Positions 12,877-25,439 of a stretch of 48,186 bases of DNA are shown here, in pieces. This DNA comes from Octopus sinensis (lineage: Eukaryota). The notes beneath the pieces were generated by a model, which saw nothing but the letters and a program-made list of their open reading frames with translations, made no database searches and had not been told where the DNA came from. Every line of letters begins with the position of its first letter. Positions within the stretch are counted from its first letter, which is position 1. The stretch covers positions 1 through 48,186 of the forward strand of contig NW_021834484.1 in NCBI RefSeq assembly GCF_006345805.1. The letters are read 5' to 3'. Position numbers and translations under genes: made by a program.

Positions 12877-13282
12877 ACGAGTTAGATCAATACTAAAAAC
12901 AGAGCTCAATGCTAAAAACAAGATAATAGGTATTAACACTTAGCCGTCCCAGTTATAAGTTACAGCTACAATATCCTTAACTGGACGCTAAATGAACTAA
13001 CCAAATTAGATAGGAAAACAAGAAAAATTATGACAGGATCTAGGATGCATCACCCAAAATCTGAAATAGAGAGGCTATATATACAACGTATAGAAGATGA
13101 TAGAGGCCTTATAAGCTGGAAATTATTATAAAATAACCACCATAGGACTGCAAAAATACCTACTTCAGAGGAAGGAAAAACTGATACAAATAGCGGCAAA
13201 ACACGAGCAAAACAAAAATTTGTTCTCAGTATTTAAGGAAGCTGACAAATACAAACAAGAAATCATACTACCTAACAAATAT

Positions 13283-13412
13283 GAAGAAGAGAAGAAGAAG
13301 AAGAAGAAGAAGAAGAAGAATAAGAAGAAGAAGAAGAAGAGAAGAAGAAGAAGAAGAGAAGAAGGAAGAAGAAGAAGAAGAAGAAGAAGAAGAAGAAGAA
13401 TAAGAAGAAGAA
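13283..13412. repeat. (AAG)n microsatellite inside the Dong-like ORF
   Basis: Direct reading; it interrupts the coding region between RT and the zinc knuckle. Confidence 0.95.
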
Positions 13413-14329
13413 TGACAAATGAAATCCAAACTAAAACTAGAACAGCAACGGACCATGATAAAACGATGGCAAGAAAAGCCCCTTCATGGCAATTACTGGA
13501 CTAAACTAAATGCAAAAGAAATAGACAAAGAAAAATCCCAGCAATGGTTGAGAAGCTCAGGACTCAAAGCAGAGACAGAGGGATTTTTAATTGCAGCACA
13601 AGACCAAAGCCTCCCCACCAGAAATTACCAAAAACATGTAATGAAAAGAAATATAACAAGTAACTGCAGAATATGTGGCGATGGACAAGAAACAATAAAT
13701 CATATTATCTCTGGCTGCCCAGTCCTGGCTAAGAAGGAATATATTCACAGACACGACAGATTTGGGACCTACATACACTGGAAGCTATGCTAACATTATG
13801 GAATAACAACAGAAAAAAGATGGTATAGGCACACACCAGAAATGGGTCACAGAAAATGAGAAAGCAGCCATACTCTGGGATATGCCAATACACACAGATA
13901 GAGAAATTAAGGCCAACAGACCAGATATAGTTGTGAGAGATCATGAAGAAAAATGCTTTCTAATTGATGTATGAATACAAGCAGATGACAACGTTTCTCT
14001 AAAAGAAATGGAGAAACTTTCAAAATACAAAGACCTGGAAATAGAGTTTACTAGAATGTGAAATCTAAAAACAGAAGCAATTCCTATCTTAGTAGGTGCA
14101 TTAGGCATGATAAAAAAAATATTCAGACAAATGCATAACAAAAACACCAGGACTTACAAACACATATAACATACAGACAATTTCAATACTAGGCACTGCA
14201 CGCATCCTACGTAGAACATTTTCAATACAGTAACCATCAGAGCATCACAACAAATCACAGCACATACCCAAGGCACACAGAGCTGCGCTCGGTAGTGAAG
14301 TGAAAGCACGCTATAAAAATAAAACTACT

Positions 14330-14822
<493 letters not shown>

Positions 14823-14828
14823 GTTATT

Positions 14829-15245
14829 AGGCGGTCAGCTGGCAGAATCGTTAGCAGTCCGGACAAAACGCTTAGTGGTATTTCGTCTGTCCTTACGTTC
14901 AAAGTGCAAATTCCGTCGAAGTGAACCTGGCTTTTCAACATTTTAAAGTCGATAAGATAAGTATTAGCCGAATTACCCGCTTCCCTGAGACTGCTGGCGT
15001 TCTGCCAAAATTTGAAACTATTATTATATAAAGGCGATCAGTTGGTAGAATCGTTGGCACGCCGGGTAAAATGCCTAGTGGCATTTCGTCCGGCTTCACT
15101 TTCTGAGTTGAAATTCCGCACAGGTCGACATTAACTGTTATCCTTTTGGGGTGGATAATTTAAATAGCAGTTGAGTACGGGGTTCGATGTAATCGTCTAG
15201 CCCCCCTCCCCCAATTTTCAGTCTTTGTGCCGATAGTACAAACGA
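14829..15245 (+). mobile_element. Two tandem diverged tRNA-derived SINE copies (~14829-15028 and ~15031-15245)
   Basis: Both start GGCG.TCAG.TGG.AGAATCGTT.GCA and contain AAATTCCG...GTCGA core remnants. Confidence 0.8.
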
Positions 15246-15249
15246 TTGT

Positions 15250-15340
<91 letters not shown>

Positions 15341-15893
15341 GTGAGAGAGCAGTGCATGCCATCAAAGTGACACTGGGGTAAAATATACGAAGCCCAGTAT
15401 ACCCATCAGGACTACCCGTCTGATAAGGGTACACTAGGCACATACATCACAACCATATCTGCGTGACATGGTGATCTCATATCAAGATAAACAGCACATA
15501 ACCTTGCAGATGGAGCCCAGTTAGAATTTTCTCCTGATCAAGTAGCCCATCCCACTCAAAAGGTCTCTGAATAAGGGTTGTTTAAGGATGTTTAACGAAA
15601 CACCCATGTTTCCAGAGGTGAATTATTCAAACTCCAAAGAATTCCTCTCAACACATGGCTATGATGCTCCTCCATTACTTCTGCTCGTGATCACAGATGC
15701 ACATATCGTCAGACACTAAATGACATGGTCAACTGGTTAAGGTCAAACAACTGACAAGCAAATCTGTGGTATTGAGCAGAATATTTGCTGTAGCCCATCT
15801 TTTATATCAAGGCAAAACAATGTACAGGGTAACACTTCCAATCAGTTAAGATCAGAAGCCACGAGAGCCACTGCCTGGTACTGCATCAGAGCA
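15341..15893. mobile_element. ~550-bp non-coding complex-sequence insert between (ATT)n tracts
   Basis: Sharp boundaries with (ATT)n at 15340 and 15893; no informative ORF. The TE call is inference. Confidence 0.6.
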
Positions 15894-16010
15894 TTATTAT
15901 TATCATCATCCTCATTATTATTATTGTTATTATTATTATTTTATTATTATTATTTTATTATTATTATTATTATTATATTATTATTATATATTATTATTTT
16001 ATTATTATTA

Positions 16011-16051
<41 letters not shown>

Positions 16052-16111
16052 TATTATTTTATTATTATTATTATTATTATTATTGTTATTATTATTTTAT
16101 TATTATTATTA

Positions 16112-16144
<33 letters not shown>

Positions 16145-16306
16145 CATCATTATCATCATCATTATTGTTATACATACATACATACATACGACCATACAAA
16201 CATACATACATACATACAAACATACATACATACATACATACATACATACATACATACATACATACATACATACATACATACATACATACATGCATACATA
16301 CATACA

Positions 16307-16339
<33 letters not shown>

Positions 16340-16340
16340 T
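15893..16340. repeat. (ATT)n then (CATA)n microsatellites
   Basis: Direct reading. Confidence 0.97.
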
Positions 16341-16639
16341 TCATGTGTAAAAAGTGTATTCGAAACCAGTTTACCTCCGCCTGTTTCAATCTAAGCACAG
16401 TAAATGGAAGGAGGAGACTATAGCGTACAGAAATAACACTTTGTGTTATCTCAGACAAAGCATAAACTGCACTCATCGGCCACCTATATAATGAGAGTAA
16501 AGAAAAATAAAAGGAATAATAAAGAAGTGTTCCGTCCATAGCCACTACATCATCAAATGTTCAGTTTGCGTGAAACACATTGATATCGCTTTAGAACAAC
16601 AGCATTTAGTACTGCACATAGCACGTTTGATTGAAAATT

Positions 16640-16684
16640 GTTTATATATATATATAGACAGACAGATAGATAGATAGATAGATT

Positions 16685-16767
<83 letters not shown>

Positions 16768-16784
16768 TGATATATAGATAGATT

Positions 16785-16862
<78 letters not shown>

Positions 16863-16888
16863 CAGAAAGACAGGCAGACAGACGGACT

Positions 16889-16976
<88 letters not shown>

Positions 16977-17090
16977 TAGATATATACATACACACATACT
17001 TACAAACATACATACATACATACATACATACATACATACATACATACATACATACATACATACATACATACATACATACAAACATACATA
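16640..17090. repeat. (GATA)n/(GACA)n/(CATA)n compound microsatellite
   Basis: Direct reading. Confidence 0.97.
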
Positions 17091-17439
17091 TAGGCATCTA
17101 GACAGCAAATTTAATGGCGTTGGGCGGATATAGCTGATTAAAAATACTTCATTTCTACATTATTTTACCGAATCCGGAAGTATGAAAACTAAACCGACTA
17201 AAATTCGATTTGACCCTATTTCAGTAAGAACCGACATCAAATACAAGGTATTTTGTGGGATGCTCGAATATTTCTGGAAAATCCATTGCTGTTATTGTTA
17301 GTCTGAGTAATTTACAATCCACAGATTTGCGGTAACATCACCAATGGTATTAATACCAGCATGAGAACCTCCCAGAAGTAGCCACTGAGTCTCATAACTA
17401 TTTTAACCTGATAGTTCGTGGTGTCAGTTATTCTAGAAG

Positions 17440-17680
17440 GACGGCGAGCTGGCAGAAACGTTAGCACACCGGGCGAGATGCTTAGCGGTATTTCGTCTGC
17501 CGTTACATTCTGAGTTCAAATTCCGCCCAGGTCGACTTTGCCTTTCATCCTTTCGGGGTCGATTAAATAAGTACCAGTTATACACGGGGGTCGATGTAAT
17601 GGACTTAATTCCTTTGTCTGTCCTTCTTTGTCCCCTCTATGTTTAGCTGCTTGTGGGCAAAAAAAAAAAAAAAAAGAAAT
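17440..17680 (+). mobile_element. Full-length tRNA-derived SINE with A-rich tail (same family as 7839 and 42997)
   Basis: GGCGAGCTGGCAGAAACGTTAGC head, GAGTTCAAATTCC B-box-like segment, GTCGACTTTGCCTTTCATCCTTTCGGGGTCGA core and a poly-A run at 17659-17675. Confidence 0.92.
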
Positions 17681-17829
17681 AGCTAGAAATCAATTTCAAT
17701 CCACACCTTGCCATGTTTAACGAAAAAATTTATGGACACTTTAAACATCATAGTCCCAGATATACAAAAAGACGGGATGGTCATCGGAATACGGGAAACA
17801 ATCACAGACCAGCTCGAAGTGAGCTGACG

Positions 17830-18230
17830 TGCGACTAAACGACATCAACAACGACAACAACAACATTGACGGCGGCGGCGGCGGCGATAGCATGGCAATG
17901 ACTGAAGCAATAATTCACTACTCTTCTAGGAGAAAACAACACCGACACCATAGCGACATCAACAACAACTCAATCATGAACAACAACAACACCAACAGCA
18001 ACAACAGCAATCACAAGTGGATGCCATCAGCAGCAGCAGCAGTAGTATTGCTGTTCCGCTCTGTTGAGCTGTCACTTGGCGGTTTCATTGAACGGAGCGT
18101 TTAAAATAATGTATTTCACGCTTCCGTGGATATTTGCATTTGAATATGGATGTTATCATCACTGTCTATTTAGTTTTTGTTGTAGTTGTTATCTTTGCAG
18201 TGTTGTTGTTTTTGTTATCGTTATTATTGA

Positions 18231-18273
<43 letters not shown>

Positions 18274-18824
18274 ATCGCTGCTGCTAGTGCTGCTTCAGCC
18301 GCCGAGTTGTTGGTTTCATGTTATTTTATCTTTATAAAGTTGTTGTTGTTGTATTCGTGGTGATGTTGATATTGGTGGGTGAGGAGGTGTTATTACTGGT
18401 GGTATTGCTCATGTTGTTTATGGTGACAATGATGATGATGTTGTTGAGGTTGTGGTGGTGCTGGTGGTGGTGGTGGTGGTGGCGCTGATGGTGAAGGTAT
18501 TGGTGGAGGTGGTAGTGATAACCGTAGTTATTAGTAATGGTGTTGTTCGTAGTGACGATAATGACGGCAGTGATGGTTAGGGGGGGGGGTAATATTGTTT
18601 TTCTTTGGTGATGGCGATGATGACGATAGTGGTGATGATCCTGTTCGTGCTAGTTGTACTTAATAGTTATGGTGGTGGTAGTGGTGGTGGTGGTGGTGGT
18701 GGTGGTGGTGGTGGTCATGGTTGTAATGGTGACGATCGTGGTGTCAGTTATGCTTTTTGTTGTTCTTATTCATGATGAATGTGGTGATGTTAGGAAGAAT
18801 GACGAAAGATATGAAACAAGAAAC

Positions 18825-18871
<47 letters not shown>

Positions 18872-19180
18872 GGTTATGTAACAAGCGTAGGTATTCCTTA
18901 TGATTTCCCAAATAAAGATAATTAGGGTGACATCATGGATCATAGCACGGCAGTTAATGTTGTTGTTGTTGTTAGTGGTGGTGGGGTGGGGCTAGTGAGG
19001 ATGGTGGTGATGGTAGTGGTGGTGGTGGTGGTGGTGGTGATGGTGGTGATGATTGATGTAATGGTTCTTACGGTGATGATGACAGTGGTTGAGGGGCGAC
19101 AGCAGTGTTATTGTTGGTGGTGGCGGCGGCGGCGGCGGCGGAGGCGATGGTATTGGTGGTGATGGTGGTGGTAGTTATTA
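17830..19180. repeat. Cryptic trinucleotide low-complexity region (AAC/GTT/GGT/GAT, plus GA run)
   Basis: Direct reading; ORFs are poly-V/L/N with no domain signature. Confidence 0.85.
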
Positions 19181-19784
19181 ATGTTGTAGCGTTGGGTACC
19201 GTTTCTGAATCCCATGGTATTCTCTTTATCGTTACTATACTTGTAATAGTAAGGACGTAAAATTTGTTTTGGTTGTTATTGTCGTAGCAGAGGTTTCGGT
19301 TTAGCCCCAGATTAGACTTGTGTTCACAGGAATTCCAACCTTGCTCATCTTGTCTTATCCTATGTATGGTTCAGGTGTTTTGTTTAGCACAATGACACAC
19401 TACTTGTGTTCAGGAAAATGTCTGTATCTCGAAATTCAGCTCTTTCCGAAAGCGTACAGCTATTATAGAAAACTGATGTATCAGAATAGCAAGTAAAAAA
19501 GAGGCAAGAGTAGATCAAAAACATGTTCCACGATTTAATATACGTTAACATGTATATGTAACCGAAATGTCCATCTCTACGGCTTTCTATTTTTAAGTAT
19601 GTCAAACTACAATAATTTCGAATAATAATAAGTTTAGTTATTTGTGAATGTCTTTTATTGTATAATTTACGTTAGCTGTTATTAGAATGAAAATTCTTTG
19701 CTAATGTTTACCAAACGGAATATGTTAAAAAAAATTGCCTCAAATTTTGACTCAAGGCCTACAGTTTTAGAGAAGATGGAATAG

Positions 19785-19870
19785 TTGATTACTTTGACCC
19801 CAGTACTTAACTGGTACATTATTTTATCGAACCCGTAAGGATGAAATGCAAAGCTGGTCTCGGCGGTCGG
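19785..19870 (-). mobile_element. Partial SINE core, truncated next to the fold-back element
   Basis: GACCCCAGTACTTAACTGGTAC..TTTTATCGA.CCCG.AAGGATGAAA matches the reverse-complemented SINE core. Confidence 0.75.
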
Positions 19871-19884
19871 AACATAGAGAATAA

Positions 19885-20273
19885 AAAAAGAAAAACATAA
19901 AATTATATGTAAAATAAGAGAGGTATTTTGCAGCAGGTTTTCTTAACCAGTCAGTTTTAACCATATTTTTAGGCGCCGTATGTCTAACAAAGTGTCTAGT
20001 AGCCGTCTATAACCAGACAGTATCTGAAGGTTTCCATAGAAACAACCCGTTCTTTTGTGATAATACCAAAATCATTAGTCCCTGCTCTGCTTTTGCAGTA
20101 CCGTTACCATTCCATATACTATTACAGCTAGAATTAGAACAAAGACAACAGACATTTACGAGCCACTTTGTTAGACATACGGCGCCTAAAAATATGGTTA
20201 AAACTGACTGGTTAAGAAAACCCGCTGCAAAATACCTCTGTTATTTTACATATAATTTTATGTTTTTCTTTTT
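19885..20273. mobile_element. Fold-back/MITE-like element with 110-bp inverted arms
   Basis: 19885-19994 is the reverse complement of 20164-20273 with 2 mismatches by eye; 169-bp spacer. Confidence 0.8.
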
Positions 20274-20589
20274 GTTTAGATTTGCTTTAAATCTATGTAT
20301 TTATGAAAATAGCAGAATGAACGTATTGCAAACACTCCTGTGTTTAAAGTTAGAAAAACTTTTACCATCAAATCATGTGAATGCCTCGTAAAAACCAACC
20401 AACAAGTCCTTTGACGCTCAATCTACTTTATCATAAATTTTTCAACTATGGCTAAGCTGAGATATAAAAGTCTTCTATGTGGGCGCGCGTCCTACAAGAT
20501 ACAACAGCCAAATTTCCTTCAAATTGCACCTTGCCATTTTAGATAAGAAAAGTATACTTCGGAAAATGTAGCTGTAGTCTTATATTGTT

Positions 20590-20870
20590 AGATATTAAAG
20601 AAAGTGGAAACAGATTGGATATATAGATATCTGCGGATCAAAGCAGTACAACGGATTCAGTACATACGAATGGAAGAACTAATCAGAAAGAATTTTTTTC
20701 CGACCGATTACGTTAGTCTTAGGAGTAAGCTCCAATCGAAAAGAAATAAAAAGTAAAAATGGAGCACCTTAGAACTTAGCAAACCTAGCAGCAAGTTACA
20801 TATTAACAATGCAAACTAGAATATACAACAAATTAAATATAATCTTGACAAAAAAGTCCAATAAATTTTT
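20590..20870 (+). mobile_element. Decayed R4/Dong-like RT C-terminal fragment
   Basis: Translates piecewise to RMEELIRKNFFR..LANLAASYIL, resembling MKEKIK..RRVRSIL..LAVPVISY at 12840-12970. Confidence 0.45.
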
Positions 20871-21899
20871 AACGTACATCGTATATCTCTAAGTGTAATG
20901 ACGAAAGGTGCCTACAATAGCAATAAAATCTACAAAATGATTTAATACACTTATTGGTTACAACTAACAGAGCCTCACACTGCTACTGAAAGGGTCCTTT
21001 AACCAAAACCAGGCACTGCAGCCTACTCAACTGAAAACAGGAACAAGATGGTAACAAAATACAGAGACGGTTATGCGTTCTGCACTTCTGTTCAACTTGT
21101 CTAAGATTGCTTTCTCTCAATGATAATGGTGTTTCTACTCATCTCCTAGTTCCAGTTCCTATCTATCCAATTCAGGCAAGTAGCATGTTAAGTACAGTTA
21201 GAATTCAACTACATCCAATTATAGTTATTATGGACTTACCACTCCAGAAACTGAGCTGAAAGCGCAAGTCTTTGCCTGAAATCCTATGCGCCTAATACTG
21301 TTAAAGCTTCAATACATATCCTACAATGCAGGTTTCGCCTACACACTGGTGAGAAACTACTGGTTAGGTATTTATCTGTTCGTTATTGCTCGTAGTTGTC
21401 CGTCATTACTCGTACTTGTCCGTCATTGCTCGTACTTCTTTCTTGTTTTCCAAAATTTCCCCGTTAGCATATTTTGCATGAATTTCTCGTAAAAGCAATC
21501 CACATAATTAGGACATACTCCTTTAAATAAACAAAATAAAAATCTATTATTCTGCCGTTGACAATTTTTGTTTATTGTTTCTACCTTCCCACTTGGTTGT
21601 TTCTTTATATATTTAGACATCACCAGCGGCACTGATTGAGTGATAAGTTAATAAGCATAACCTTGCGGTGGTTTGGAATTTTCAAATTCCTCCGACTTAT
21701 CGTGTGATCAGGGTCTAGAAGAATGATATTGTATTCCTGAGGAGATTTTTATTGTCATTCTGGAGTATAGTTTTAGATCTAAGAAGAGGTCTTCATTATT
21801 GTTTTAAAGAGAGTGCTCCTCCTCACCGTTTTTTTTTCTGAGAGCTACTGTACTGCACGACTTTGTAAACATTTCTTGAATCAAATAACTTTGTAGATA

Positions 21900-22200
21900 A
21901 TTTATTTCATTTTTTGTCAAGATTATATTTAATTTGTTGCAAATTCTAGTTCACAATGTCAAATATGTAACTTGCTGCCAGGATTGCTAGTTTCCAAACT
22001 GATCCATTTTTTATTTTTATTTTTTTTTCGATTGGAGTTTCCTTCCAAAGGCTAACCTAACCTGTCGGATAAAATCCTTTCTAATTAGTTCTTTCATTCG
22101 TGTCTACTGAATCTGTTACATTGCTTTTTACATCCAATCTATACCTTCACTTTGTCTCCAGAAGTGGATTTCTCACTTTTCTTTTTCTTTTTCGTAGTGA
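21900..22200 (-). mobile_element. Decayed R4/Dong-like fragment, inverted relative to 20590-20870
   Basis: Minus strand MKELIRKDFIRQVRL..LAILAASYIFDIVN*NLQQ..LDKK; nucleotide blocks shared with 20590-20870. Confidence 0.5.
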
Positions 22201-23892
22201 CGTTTTCCTTTCTTATTGCACTTCTCTTTCTTTACCTTAGTAGTCTTCTTAACCTTCTATCTCCCCACCCGTCGTTACAAGACTGTGATATCATGCTACT
22301 AGGTGCTACAATAAGAAAACAGGGTACTTGTTCAAATATTTCCGAGGCCGATTCCAAGCTAGTCGCTTCCTTTGTTCCTATTAACGTTTCTCTGGAAACT
22401 GGAGCGTTACTGCGCTCCACTGCCTTCTTTTTTTAGTCCCTTTCGTAGCCTTCTTAGTCGATCAGGAAAAAAATTTTAATGCGACTCTTACTATTACACA
22501 TGAAATAACTAGGCTTCCTGTTCTAGCCTCATATCCTTTCTCTCAAGGCCTTCACTGGATAAAGATTTGATACGCTTTTGTGGCCCTCATCAGAAATTAA
22601 TAAAACATTTTGGCTTCTTGAAACATTTAGCTACTCATCGTACAACTAGCCACGAAACCAAATCGATTCCAGTATATCGTATCGCCACATTTAAATATAT
22701 GTATCCTGTATACTTGGACACAAGTTCGCGGGTAGAAATATATATATAGCAATTTTTGCCCATGTTTTGGCTGAATTTTAAATCTTGGAAGTACATTCGA
22801 CTGAGCAAGAGAATATCGCCCCAAATAATTTTTCCAGTGTTTCGCTGTTTATTGAAAATTGTCATCCTTTTTAAAACGCATACGTATTATTTTTCAAAGA
22901 CATCGACACAAAATTCTCCTAATAATTTTTGGTAGGAAACTTAAAGTCTAAAAATTCAGTTAATATCACCAAAGCAGCAAAACTAACCTTTTTAACATTA
23001 TTATTACCATGTTATAATCGGGACTTTAAAGCCCATGCTAACTACTCCGGATCACACATAATTTCTTGCTACTTGTGAGCCTAACTCATACATATTGCTT
23101 AACAAAAGCGACGGCGAATCAGGGAATAATTTGGATGTTACTCTTGTATTACCCTACAGGAGAACAAGTTTGTGAACATATATTTCATGTACATTATGCG
23201 CTTGTCAGTGAGACAAAGATAGAGGAGTTCGCTCTTCGTCAGATTAAACATATATTCTTTGGACAAGAGGACATAATTCTGCTACCGGTCCTTTTCGGAC
23301 TGAGCATTGTCCATGTCTCAAGTATTCAATACTGAAGACAGCCAGGACGAAATTAACCCCTTGCCTGCCACGAGTCCCATTCGGGGATCTGCTAAAAACA
23401 GTCTCACTGCCTGTTGTTCGTTGAAATTAAAGTGAATTGCTTATTTACATTGCATTTGCAGATGTGTGTTTAACACTATTTAGTAGTTAAAGTTTGTCTT
23501 TAGCTCTGGCTATTTCTAGAGGACATTTTATGTCATAAATCGTAATTGTTGGACTGCAAAAATATTAACTGTTTTGAAAACTTTTTTTTTTTTGCATTTC
23601 CCATTTATATCATTCGTTGATATTTCATACATATTTGCATTTTATACTATAGCTTCAAAAAAACTAAAATGTTTATAAATTGCAATTGAATAGAAAAGGA
23701 TAGGTATGCTTTTATTCATCGATCCCATTTGAGACTTTTCGAAAAATTTATCATAATTTCCAAAAGAGTTCACGTATGAAGAAAATCTAAATACTACGTA
23801 TTATTTTAACTCGTAAGTCACCTGGCAAAGCAAAAAAAAAGAAATGAAAAAAATTTGGCAGTTTTAATAGTTTAAACATGCGCAGGCAAAGC

Positions 23893-24286
23893 TCTTTGGT
23901 AAGATGTTAACTTCTCAACCACGTACTTCCGGTTGAGTTTCACTACATAAATCTACAGTCCCGGGCTAACCAAAGCCTTGAGTGGATTTGGTTCATGGAA
24001 ACTGAAAGAAGCCCATCGTATGTGTTTCTGTGTATGTGAACGTATGTATGTATGTGTAGGTATCTAAGTGTATTAAATTTGTCTACCACTACTACCACCA
24101 CCATTCAACAAACCAGTGTTGGGTTGTTAATGTCCTATAACTTAGCGGTTTGTCAAAGAAACTGACAGAATAAATTCCAGGCTTTAAAAAAATGAAAAGT
24201 GGTTGTTTTGTTCGATTAAACCCTTTAAGGTGGTGCCCTAGCATGTCCGCAGTTCAATAGATGAAAATAATTAAAAGATTAAAGAT
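23893..24286 (+). mobile_element. Diverged OR2-like SINE
   Basis: CCAAAGCCTTGAGTGGATTTGG..GGAAACTGAAAGAAGCCC, TAACTTAGCGGTTTG and GGTGCCCTAGCATG modules in the expected order. Confidence 0.8.
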
Positions 24287-24704
24287 GTGTGACGTTTGAT
24301 AACATTTCTTTTTTTTTTTTTTGTGTACCATTATTAATGCTTTCATTGTTGTTGCCGACGAAGTTCAAAGGAAAGCAGGAAACGATTTTTCTTCTGAAAA
24401 ATGTTCTTTTATTAAAACAATTCATCTTCAGGATTACAGTTATTGCAAACAAGATGTATTTCTGTTCATATAGTGGCTTTTTGGTAGACCAGCAAAAATA
24501 CCTTGATTATGTGAAATTTATATTGTCGTTAAGAGATACCGACAGTGTAAACTCCATATGCTCAAAGTATTCTTGGCCTGAAGAGTAGATGCGGCTTCGT
24601 TTGGATAATTACCACGTCCGAGATTCTGTTAGCTATGAAACATATATAGCCTGGATTTTATCTACTCCATTCCCTAAATTTTGGCGATATCTATATATAT
24701 ATAT

Positions 24705-25029
24705 AATTAAAAGAAGAAAATGGAGAGTTAGTGGTTAATATTTATTTATTAATAAATTGATGATCCTTTCTTCCTACAGCTGTTTCCATTTATATTCATT
24801 GAATAAAGTAGAGCAGACTGGAATGAACAGGTAGGTCTACATGTAATTTTTTAATGTCTAACTTTGCCCTGACGATATTTTGCTCATAACTTATAAATGC
24901 AAATTTAAATGCATAAATATGTAATTTAAATAATGAGAGTATAAATAGAAACAGGTATAGGAAGAAATAAGTATCAATTTATTCATAGAAAAATATTAAC
25001 CACTAACTCCCCATTTTTTTCTCTTAATT
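24705..25029. mobile_element. Fold-back element with hammerhead half-motifs, adjacent to (TA)n
   Basis: Arms ~24705-24800 and ~24932-25029 are reverse complements (GAGTTAGTGGTTAATATTT / AAATATTAACCACTAACTC). CTGACGA at 24869 and GAAAC at 24948 on plus; GAAAC-AGCT-GTA-GG on minus at ~24787-24773. Confidence 0.7.
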
Positions 25030-25406
25030 TAATACGGATTATATACCTAATATATACCTATTGATTTAGGGACATATTATTTCCGGAAGATATAAGGTAT
25101 AGAACATATATTTTCTTGGATGTAATCAGCCCTTTAAGAAGTTAATACATCATCTAATTAACTTTATATATATATACGTAAAGTATGAGTACTACATGCA
25201 CCCTCTCGACGTATCTACCGTTTTCCATGTAGTTTGGTTATCAAGGTTCTTAATTCTAAAGTCTCCCATGAAGAGTTAGTTCATGGCAAAGAATTGGCCG
25301 AGAGCTTGCAATTTATCGACTTGTAACATGCCACACACTTTGCTAATATTCGATGTCATAATTCCTTCTTTCTCTTTCCCTCTTGCTTTCTCTCCTCCCC
25401 TCCACA

Positions 25407-25439
<33 letters not shown>

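Noticed and set aside
17829-19162. Poly-N/G/V ORFs resembling low-complexity transcription-factor regions
   Set aside because: Mixed trinucleotide repeats with no consistent frame, splice signals or domain.
21381-21440. Three copies of a 20-bp unit (CGTCATTGCTCGTACTTGTC-like), superficially CRISPR- or iteron-like
   Set aside because: Contiguous tandem repeats with no spacers in a eukaryotic context; an ordinary minisatellite.
22575-22670. Further hammerhead-like fragments (minus CTGATGAG at ~22585-22592; plus TAGCCACGAAAC at ~22648)
   Set aside because: The halves are on opposite strands and cannot be assembled into one core; at most decayed debris.
23350-23365. TTAACCCC, similar to a piggyBac terminus
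   Set aside because: No matching opposite end or transposase remnant found.
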